From the NCBI GenBank assembly GCA_964562615.1, contig CAZLUD010000002.1:89300-153299 (forward strand): DNA of 64,000 nt, in the 5' to 3' direction. Under the pieces are notes generated by a model. It was not told the origin of the DNA. It made no database searches and saw nothing but the letters and a program-made list of their open reading frames with translations. Below, piece after piece: positions 19,301 through 25,864 of the stretch; the first letter of the stretch is position 1; the number at the start of each line of letters is the position of its first letter. The translations under genes and the position numbers were made by a program. The DNA is from an uncultured Candidatus Saccharibacteria bacterium. GTDB taxonomy: Bacteria; Patescibacteriota; Minisyncoccia; Phycocordibacterales; UBA12088.

Positions 19301-19437
19301 TACCGCTTACCTACGCTGATGCATTATGGTCGCCACTTGCATGGGCAATTATATTCGGTCTTTCATTTTCTGTGGTACTCACTCTTCTTCTGGTACCTAT
19401 TCTCTACGGCAGAAAGCCCGGTGAGCTTGAGAGGTAA
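16330..19437 (+). CDS. RND efflux permease (AcrB/AcrD/AcrF family)
   Basis: 1035 aa, two-repeat RND topology; GVLVDSAIV, GIVVNNSI, SRLRPIFLTT. Confidence 0.95.
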   Translation: MYSIWSFFTLHKSFSYLVLVTLVAFGSYALVTIPKESAPEVQIPIAIVSVALPGASAVDIEKLITNKVETALNNSLEDVKKITSSSQEGFSSVVVEFLPSANIDDSVRDVKDEIDKVKPELPEDATEPIVSDVNFVNQPIITFAIGADLPDAELVALADAVEDEIKKVEGVSDVTIGGYRARETQVIVRKEALETYGLRLVDIIGGIARANNTFPVGNILVDSIAYNVQFEGDLNDPAEVANIAIFLQGGQPVYVRDVATVVDGLEEARSISRISLDSEPSSSALSIQVFKRSGGDITKITDEVKKTLDTLKSDGGILSDATTLVVFDNGKELKNDLVSLGSSGAQTVVLVMISLFMVIGWREALIAGSAIPLSFLLAFIALEASGNTLNFVSLFALILAVGVLVDSAIVIIEGINRNMRLDPLLSKKDASLAAIKEFHGPITSGTLTTVAVFVPLFFISGVTGEFIASIPFTIIFVLIASLIIAVAIVPLFASLFLTRHEPSKLELIQAEYQEKVGRWYKQKLESILGNPKRERIVIWGILAMFFVAMTLPILGLVKVEFFPAGDSDFVVIELELLEGSPLSQTDIEMRKLEEILYEYSIIESFVMTAGESSAFSGSQSVSAGAKFANAFVTLKKDRPVTSQEFADDLRAKTAAIGTAEVRISQVENGPPTGTPVLIKFLGDDLATLEETVQKAATILENTEGSADVVTSAKNDGTQYVVEVDPAKASALGLDASLISQTLRTAVSGVKATSIVSNDEDIDVVVKLNLNTNYMDAHDTDRTTIDSLGQISIQTPNGPVLLASVLEVSLAKNNTVIQHENLKRVVSVGSQLESGANLVEVVAAFEEKVKEELVLPQGVTMVIGGENEENNQAFTEMFYALIVGLVLMLAILVFEFSSYRHALYVLSVTPLALIGIMIGLMVTGKALSFPTLMGFIALMGIVVNNSIILIDTMNAMRKTDPAKPIRDVVLEGSASRLRPIFLTTITTVIGMVPLTYADALWSPLAWAIIFGLSFSVVLTLLLVPILYGRKPGELER

Positions 19438-19465
19438 TAAATAGTAAAACTTTTTCACTAGTGTT

Positions 19466-19948
19466 TTACTTGTTTGAAGCAAATTTCTTCCACGCCATAG
19501 AAAGACGCAAGGTCTTTCCTCTCACATCAATATAGGTTTTTGAAAGCTCTTCAATGCGAACAGTATTAGCATTTTCTGAAAGAGCAGCGTACAGCTCGAG
19601 GTACACAACCATTTTGTTGCACCCTTGCATTGCCTTCTCAAGGCGCGCAAGCGCTTGTGCATGGTCATCAAAGCGCATGCCGTGTGCCTCGGCTATCATA
19701 AGAGGCGTATTGAGCGCACAGTTTCGCATACCCTCTGTATGAATAAAATGAGGGTCTGGTGTATCGCCAAGCACCTCCTTTTCTACCGCAATAGCGGAGG
19801 TCATAGCAATATGATATATGTCTAGGTCACGAAATGACTTTATATTTTTGCGCGGAATAAATTTTGCCTTTGCACCCCTCACAAACTGTGGTGTGTAGCC
19901 ACTTCTATTACTCTCTCCACCAGAGCTATTCCATTTATGTTCTGTCAT
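19466..19948 (-). CDS. Four-helix bundle protein (23S rRNA-IVP / Avd-like superfamily)
   Basis: SFRDL.IY, ALN.PLMIAEAHG, C-terminal LRL..AW pattern; all-alpha. Confidence 0.7.
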   Translation of the reverse strand: MTEHKWNSSGGESNRSGYTPQFVRGAKAKFIPRKNIKSFRDLDIYHIAMTSAIAVEKEVLGDTPDPHFIHTEGMRNCALNTPLMIAEAHGMRFDDHAQALARLEKAMQGCNKMVVYLELYAALSENANTVRIEELSKTYIDVRGKTLRLSMAWKKFASNK

Positions 19949-19980
19949 ACATTAGTAGTAGTATAGTATCCCTCGTTGTT

Positions 19981-21246
19981 TTATGCGTAGGTTGCCTTGT
20001 TATCTTTTGGAATGGTGGCAACACTACCATCGCGATAATGGATCCTTTTGGTCCGAGTCCTTTGTAGTTTTTTCACAATATGGAGTGGGTAAAACTCATA
20101 ATAGCTCTTTTCGTCAAACCACGCGCACTTGAAGTCTCTAAGGCGTAATCCCGTACGCCGTGATAGCGCAAGCGCGTACCAGGTAAGCTGTTCGACAGGG
20201 CGCTCATTTTCGGCATGTGGCTTGTAGTCAAGGATATGCACAACGCCATTTCTTACCTGCACCAAATCAATGTGCCCAGTCAGTATTGCCGGGAATGGTT
20301 CTACATTTTTATTACCTTTCATGCGTACGTCACCATCTTCAGTAACAGAAAACTTTAGCACTTTTTCAAAATGTATAACATCCTCTTTTTGAATATATAC
20401 GGGGACTTCTGTGGCAATCGTCACCGAATCATTAGCAATAAAAAAACGCTGTAGCTCTTCATGACGCTGTGTATTTTTAGGCACACCTTGAAGGACAAAA
20501 CGAGCAATATGATTTGCATAATTTTCCTTGCCCTTTATAACCACCTCGCTTAAATCAAACTTGCTTCTGACTTCACTCATGCGTGCTCCCTTTTCAAAGT
20601 ATTGGTGTGGGGTGTCGGTCGCAACCGTATCAAGATAATCAAGAAGTCTGGTAAAGGTTTTATTCTTATATTCCTCTAGGAGCAAAATAAGCTTAGGCCG
20701 GTGATACCTGAAGCGGTACAGCTGGCGGTGTGCCAAGGTGGTGGTTTCTACCATGTAAAACTTGACGCCATCTTTCTTCCCCTTCTGTTGCCACAGCGAG
20801 AGAATCTTTTTTGCGTACTTGCGCATACGCTCAAACCGACACAGCTCCTTACTCTGCTCATACCACGATGCTACGGTACGTGCAGCTGGCAACACTCCAT
20901 ATTTCTTTTCTATCACCGCAGGCACCTGCTCACACGCAAATCCAAGATTGACATAGCTAATCGCGTCAAGCACCGCTGGCCACGGATAGGGTGAGCCCTT
21001 CATGGCTCTTCCAGTAAAAGTTTTTCCGCAATCATACTCCCTGCAAATGAAAAGCTGTACCTGCTGATGCTTATTTTGCCGGACCCCTCTCTTTACAAAA
21101 TCCCGACTTTCGCAGTATGGGCAGTTATTTACCGAACGCTCTAGGAATGTGTCTTTAGAGAGTAGGATTGCATTGTCCCTTGTAGAGGGGTTCTCAGTGG
21201 GATTGATAGGATTGTTCTCTTTTTCTTCAGGGCTTTTCATAATCAC
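19981..21246 (-). CDS. IS1/InsA-like Zn-ribbon + HTH fused to RecB-family PD-(D/E)XK nuclease
   Basis: CPYC...VKRG.R....Q.F.C...CGKTF Zn ribbon; HTH-like ...RTVASW; C-terminal TGHIDLVQ, ILDYKP, QLTWYALAL. Confidence 0.75.
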   Translation of the reverse strand: MIMKSPEEKENNPINPTENPSTRDNAILLSKDTFLERSVNNCPYCESRDFVKRGVRQNKHQQVQLFICREYDCGKTFTGRAMKGSPYPWPAVLDAISYVNLGFACEQVPAVIEKKYGVLPAARTVASWYEQSKELCRFERMRKYAKKILSLWQQKGKKDGVKFYMVETTTLAHRQLYRFRYHRPKLILLLEEYKNKTFTRLLDYLDTVATDTPHQYFEKGARMSEVRSKFDLSEVVIKGKENYANHIARFVLQGVPKNTQRHEELQRFFIANDSVTIATEVPVYIQKEDVIHFEKVLKFSVTEDGDVRMKGNKNVEPFPAILTGHIDLVQVRNGVVHILDYKPHAENERPVEQLTWYALALSRRTGLRLRDFKCAWFDEKSYYEFYPLHIVKKLQRTRTKRIHYRDGSVATIPKDNKATYA

Positions 21247-21577
21247 TAGCGATAGTCTTGATCAAGTGATGTGGTAGGGCGATAGTATATGAATAAGTAT
21301 ACTCATATCACGAATTCTTCATACCCCCATAGCACGACTATAGGCAATTTCGACATGCTTATACGCTAGTCGTGATATGGATTTGGTACGTTTTTTTGAC
21401 ATATGTCAATGTTTGTGCTTCTTCATTTTTCTTTAATGATATCCTTGAAAGTGCTCGTACTAGTATCTGCTTGCCTACTATTTTTGTATCAAACTGCATA
21501 GGATATACCCTTCCATGTGAGTTGAAGACGTATAAACCCCTCTGTACGTATCCATAGCTTCAGAAGCGCATTCCCAT

Positions 21578-24500
21578 CTATGGTTGAGGCGCCTCTGCTG
21601 GACCCTCATCAGCACCTTCTCCAGCAGACACTATCACGGTACGGGTGCTAGTTGCAGTATTGCCAGTTAGATCCCTCGCTACATAGGTTATGATATGCTC
21701 CATCACTTGTGTGGTATCAATTTGCACCGCGGTGACTTCTGTACCTAGGTAGTACGTGCGAAGGGTGGCGATACCACTATCATCAGTAGCAACAGCGCCA
21801 AGGTCGGCATAACTTTCCCCTACAGTAAGTAGTGCCGGGTTGTTTCCTTGCATGATTATGATCGGTGCAGTGGTATCTGCTGGCAATTCCTCGGGTGTAT
21901 CATCTTGCTCAGTACCCCCAGAATCATCACCAGTTGAGCCATTTTGTGACCCTTCTTCTCTAAGCAAAAGAAGTTCTTGAAGGTCGCTCTCAGTGATGCA
22001 GGTGTCCCCGATACAGAGGCGCTCTTTCACATACACCACATTTGCCGTAAATATATTTATGGTTAGTTCAGTGACTTGCGATAGTACTCTACGCACACTC
22101 TCAACAAACCATGACGGTTCACTACCAGACTGTAGCAGGTCAAAATTACTTTGATGTTCCTTCACTACTGCTGATAGCACCGCGGTTATTTCGGCATAGT
22201 GTACCGAGCGTGGCGAGCCATCGGTGTCACGCGCAACAAGCCTTGGCTCTATGGTTTCTATTTGCTCGGCGATAAAACCAAGTCGAGGCTCGTTAGTGCC
22301 ATTGTATTTAAATGATACTGGTTCAATACCTAATACTATTCTTTTTGCTTCTTCAGTTGTGAGTGTTTCAATATCGTGCTTAAACTGTGCGGATGATACC
22401 GTACAGTTAGAGGTGCCGGTGTTAACCACCATCTCTTTACTTGCAGACAGACACAATGCGGATGGCGTACCCGCTGCCGCGGTTAATCCATTTATTGCAA
22501 CTCCACCCTCAACTGAAAGTTTTTTCCATGGACTCGTCGTCCCGATGCCGACGTTGCCGCTCGAATTTATATTGATACCCCTTACGCTACCGTACCCGTC
22601 CCCACCTGTCGTAATTTGCAAACTATCAGTGGAGTGTAGGTATGAGATAATTCCCGCATATTGGGACGCTCCATCCGAGAAGAAAATGTTCGAGCGGGTC
22701 GCACCGGCAATGGTAACGCCATTGCTACCCGAAGCGGTTCCAATTGTGAGGTTATCAGTGTCTGCGTATGACCATGGACTCGTCGTCCCAATGCCGACGT
22801 TGCCCGTGTTTCTACTTATAAACATATCATCAGTATTTAAATCAGCCCCGCCATAATTTCTTCTGAAAACTAATCCATCAGCAGTAGGGTCATATCCAAG
22901 TCCCACATATGGGACATAACCCACACCATCAAACGAGATATATTCTCCGCTTGCATCATAACCAAATCCCAATTTATGTATTGGCCCCGTCGTCCCAATG
23001 CCGACGTTGCCGCTCGTTGGGTTTAATAATGTATTGTTTCCTTGACTATTTATTTTCAATGGTTTAGACGCCCAGCTTTGTATGTAGTTATAGCTCGCAT
23101 CACTACCAAACGAAAGATTATCAACAGTCTGATTTCTTAACATAAATCCATAGCTTGCATTTGTTCCGTCAGTGGTATTAGCAGCTTGATTTATTGTAAG
23201 CAGGTTTCCTGGCGCCGTCGTCCCAATGCCGACGTTGCCGCCGTTTGGCTGTAATGTGAGTGGTCTGTTCGTCCAACTTACCCCATCTGAAAAAGACTGG
23301 ATGTAGGAGTAATCTCCTGAAGCAGATGCGCCAAGCGCAAGTTCTGAATCTAATGAAGCTGAAAGTATAGAAAGACCAAAGCTGCCTTCTGCTGGAGTAC
23401 CATCTTTAAAAATTTGCAGCTTCTCCTGCGGCGCACTCGTCCCGATGCCGACGTTGCCGTCTGTTTTTACATAGAGACCCGCATTACCAAACTGATAATT
23501 CGTACCATCAAAGTATAGATAATTGCTTGAACTATCACCAAAGTAGTAAGCGCCAGTATTAGATGAACGACGTGCAACAATGTCACCAGCAACGCCTGAC
23601 CCTCCACTGTTGGCACCTACCCGCAGGTAACCGGTAACAAGAGCATTTCCGCTCACCTCAAGCTTCTGATTAGGTGCCGTCGTCCCGATGCCGACGTTGC
23701 CGTTCGTATCTATTCTGACCTTTTCCGTTCCCGTCGTAACAAACGCCAATTCTGTCTGAGAAGAATTGTTGTGAATACCATAAATGCCGGAAAATTGATT
23801 TGCCCCGGCGTCCATATTAAACGTCAAACCCAAATGTGCGTAAGTCCCGTTACCTGCCGCTAATCCCGTGTCCAACGCTATCCCTTTATTCTTTGACCCA
23901 GTCGGAGTAAACGCAGCGTTCTGATAATCGCTCGTAACATACAATTTGGAAGCCGGACTCGTCGTCCCCACCCCCACATTCCCCGTCGCTCTGTACACAT
24001 TGCCACCAGAGAGGGTCCAGTTCCCCACCGTGGCACCAGCAACAAGCGCACCATTCCAGTAGAGGGAGGAGGCATTGTTGTATAGGCGGTTGGTGGTAGC
24101 AAGAGGAGTGGATGAGGCAAGGAAGAGTGAACCAGTCACTGAGGCATCTCCAGAAACTGAGAGCGTACTCCAGGGGGTGGTGGTACCAATACCAAGATTG
24201 CTTCCGGTGAAAGAGAAGAGAGGGGTGGTTGCGATTTGTTTTGAAGCGTTAGTGAAGAGGACTGAAGAGGGAGATTGGGTAGCGAGGGTGGTGGTACCAC
24301 TAAGGACAGAGAGTGTGGAGGTGCCGGTAGCGGTGTATCCCACAATGGTGGGGTTGTTGAGAGTGACAGACGAGAGAGAACCACCGGTGATGGTAGGGTT
24401 TGTGATGACGGCAGAGGGTATCTGCACTCCCACAGAGAGGTTGTCTATCTTCTGGGTGAGTCCCCAGACGGGAGTCGAGGGTGGCTGGTATGAGGAGTAG

Positions 24501-25207
24501 GTGCCATAGCCGGTGAAGGTAGTGGCGGTTTGTGTGGGGAGAGTGTTTAGTTTTGTGGTGAGGAGAGCAAGAGATGATTCGAGGAAGGAGATGCGACTCA
24601 AGAGGTCGGTGTTGTTTGCTTCTATGGTGATGTACTCTGGGGTCACCACTCGTTCAACCACTCGTGTTGGTGCTTGTGGAGGGAGAGGTGTGGGAGCAGA
24701 GCTGGTCTTCTTTTGTGGTACCTGTCCTGCGCTTGTTGAAGGGGTGGGAGGAGTGGTCTCTTTGATGCGCTCTTCGACAGGGACAAAGGTGGTTGGGGTG
24801 GGAGTTGGTGTGACGGGAGTCTCCTCTTCCTTGCAGGTGTTGAGTCCTAGAGTGTTGTTCACAAAGCAGAAGAAAGAGACTGCCGTCTCTGACAGAGAGG
24901 CAGCTCCTAGCTGGGTGGTGTTTTCTTGTGCGAGGAGGTAGATGAGTTCTCCGGTGGTGCTGTCTATTGCCACGCCAAGGGCTTGTGGGATGTTGGTGAG
25001 GGTGGTATCCACTCCTTTGGTGAAGGATTCACCTACCTTGGTATAGGTCTCTTTTGGAGAGAAAGAGAAGAGTGATGTGAAGAAACTGTCTATGTGAGTT
25101 GCTATGGTGTCCTTCACTGAAGGAGGGGTGTCAGAGAGGTATGAAGATGCGCCTGCTACCCATGGAGCAAGGACAAACATGACAATGCAAAAGAGGGTGG
25201 TGCGCAT
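21578..25207 (-). CDS. Secreted fibre/adhesin-like protein: P/T-rich stalk, GNVGIGTT-repeat modules, Peptidase_S74 chaperone domain, C-terminal Ig-like (DUF5011-like) domain
   Basis: Signal-peptide-like MRTTLFCIVMFVLAPWVAGA at ATG 25207; 7-8 GNVG(I/V)GTT motifs; SSAQFKHDI...PVSFKY...GFIAEQ..V (S74); DTTAP.I...G.NP...VG..Y.D.GA.A.D...TRTV.V (Ig). In frame with the upstream lexA fragment (track ORF 21578..25531). Confidence 0.8.
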   Translation of the reverse strand: MRTTLFCIVMFVLAPWVAGASSYLSDTPPSVKDTIATHIDSFFTSLFSFSPKETYTKVGESFTKGVDTTLTNIPQALGVAIDSTTGELIYLLAQENTTQLGAASLSETAVSFFCFVNNTLGLNTCKEEETPVTPTPTPTTFVPVEERIKETTPPTPSTSAGQVPQKKTSSAPTPLPPQAPTRVVERVVTPEYITIEANNTDLLSRISFLESSLALLTTKLNTLPTQTATTFTGYGTYSSYQPPSTPVWGLTQKIDNLSVGVQIPSAVITNPTITGGSLSSVTLNNPTIVGYTATGTSTLSVLSGTTTLATQSPSSVLFTNASKQIATTPLFSFTGSNLGIGTTTPWSTLSVSGDASVTGSLFLASSTPLATTNRLYNNASSLYWNGALVAGATVGNWTLSGGNVYRATGNVGVGTTSPASKLYVTSDYQNAAFTPTGSKNKGIALDTGLAAGNGTYAHLGLTFNMDAGANQFSGIYGIHNNSSQTELAFVTTGTEKVRIDTNGNVGIGTTAPNQKLEVSGNALVTGYLRVGANSGGSGVAGDIVARRSSNTGAYYFGDSSSNYLYFDGTNYQFGNAGLYVKTDGNVGIGTSAPQEKLQIFKDGTPAEGSFGLSILSASLDSELALGASASGDYSYIQSFSDGVSWTNRPLTLQPNGGNVGIGTTAPGNLLTINQAANTTDGTNASYGFMLRNQTVDNLSFGSDASYNYIQSWASKPLKINSQGNNTLLNPTSGNVGIGTTGPIHKLGFGYDASGEYISFDGVGYVPYVGLGYDPTADGLVFRRNYGGADLNTDDMFISRNTGNVGIGTTSPWSYADTDNLTIGTASGSNGVTIAGATRSNIFFSDGASQYAGIISYLHSTDSLQITTGGDGYGSVRGININSSGNVGIGTTSPWKKLSVEGGVAINGLTAAAGTPSALCLSASKEMVVNTGTSNCTVSSAQFKHDIETLTTEEAKRIVLGIEPVSFKYNGTNEPRLGFIAEQIETIEPRLVARDTDGSPRSVHYAEITAVLSAVVKEHQSNFDLLQSGSEPSWFVESVRRVLSQVTELTINIFTANVVYVKERLCIGDTCITESDLQELLLLREEGSQNGSTGDDSGGTEQDDTPEELPADTTAPIIIMQGNNPALLTVGESYADLGAVATDDSGIATLRTYYLGTEVTAVQIDTTQVMEHIITYVARDLTGNTATSTRTVIVSAGEGADEGPAEAPQP
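22535..23983 (-). repeat. Dispersed in-frame 24-bp direct repeats GGCAACGTCGGCATYGGGACGACG (6 copies + 1 hybrid)
   Basis: + strand starts 22535, 22781, 22988, 23216, 23435 (ends ACGAGT), 23678, and a half-matching copy at 23960; spacings 246, 207, 228, 219, 243, 282 bp. Confidence 0.95.
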
Positions 25208-25222
25208 GGTGTGCAAAGAGAC

Positions 25223-25531
25223 GTATGAGGCATCTCGGTGTTCGATTAAGAAATCATCAATCGACATAGTATCAATGAGCTGCTCCTCCGCCACAGAAGG
25301 AAAGCCTGCCTCAACCGCGCCAAGTAGTTTTACCTCACTAAACAAATGCGTAGGAATGAGCTTTCCGGTATGGTCCTTTTGAATAAATCCTGCATCAATA
25401 AGTTTAGTGACTAGTGAAAACGCCGCATTTTTAGATGCATATCCCATAAGGTCTGCTATCTCTCGGTAGCTAGGCATCCGTTTATGGGTGTAGTAAAAAT
25501 CTAGAATCTTTTTTCCTTCTCCTTGTGTCAT
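25223..25531 (-). pseudogene. lexA: Truncated LexA-family repressor (DNA-binding domain + Ala-Gly site; S24 catalytic domain missing), in frame with the fibre gene
   Basis: MPSYREIA...GY.SK.A....V.KL...GFI HTH; LLG.VEAGFPS cleavage site; homology stops at ...RDASY where LxVxGDSM is expected. Confidence 0.8.
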
Positions 25532-25538
25532 GGGCTTA

Positions 25539-25564
25539 GTATACTGAACGAACGTTCACTATAC
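25539..25564. promoter_or_regulatory. Putative LexA operator (GAAC-N4-GTTC) overlapping the lexA -10 box
   Basis: GTATACTGAACG-AA-CGTTCACTATAC, 12-bp arms with 1 mismatch; TATACT on minus strand 6 nt before ATG 25531. Confidence 0.75.
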
Positions 25565-25567
25565 AAC

Positions 25568-25576
25568 TGTGGATAA
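25568..25576 (-). promoter_or_regulatory. Perfect DnaA box TTATCCACA
   Basis: tgtggataa on + strand; single copy, function uncertain. Confidence 0.4.
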
Positions 25577-25673
25577 GTAGCAGCCCATTTTGCTGAGTAT
25601 TCCACTCGATTCCCTTGCTCAATATGAGAGACGTGCCACACTAGAGGTATTACTCAATAAGCTATGTAATCGT

Positions 25674-25844
25674 ATGGGAGAACATTATGTATGTACGGGC
25701 GGTTGTGAAGGAGTATCACCAAAGCAAACAACATGCGGAGCACCCGAGTGTCCAAAGCACGACACCCCCCTTACCGCTTGTTCATGTGTTGATGGTATGC
25801 ACCTAGAGGCATACGAAAAAGATGAAAAGGATGGGGCAATGTAA
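25674..25844 (+). CDS. Small Cys/His-rich putative metal-binding protein (56 aa)
   Basis: MGEHYVCTGGC.GVS....TC....C..H...L..C.C.DG.H: 6 Cys, 3 His. Confidence 0.7.
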   Translation: MGEHYVCTGGCEGVSPKQTTCGAPECPKHDTPLTACSCVDGMHLEAYEKDEKDGAM

Positions 25845-25864
25845 CATTTGGTATACTCTTATAT

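Noticed and set aside
19981-21246. Intact IS element
   Set aside because: Only the Zn-ribbon/HTH is transposase-like; no DDE motif, terminal inverted repeats or target duplication seen
21567-21581. 15-bp exact match CGCATTCCCATCTAT also at 52165-52179 (possible att site)
   Set aside because: A few 15-mer matches are expected by chance in 64 kb, and the intervening 30 kb contains essential genes
22535-23983. True CRISPR array
   Set aside because: Spacers are about 180-260 bp, all in frame within a coding gene, and there is no cas1/cas2 or leader; reported instead as an intragenic repeat array
19466-25531. Diversity-generating retroelement
   Set aside because: An Avd-like gene is present, but I found no reverse transcriptase and no TR/VR pair differing at adenines in the window
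21578-25531. Prophage (tail fibre plus repressor)
   Set aside because: No integrase, terminase, capsid or other phage genes; the fibre has a signal peptide and an Ig-like domain; flanks are cellular genes
25568-25576. Replication origin
   Set aside because: Only one perfect DnaA box; no cluster, no AT-rich unwinding element, no dnaA/dnaN nearby
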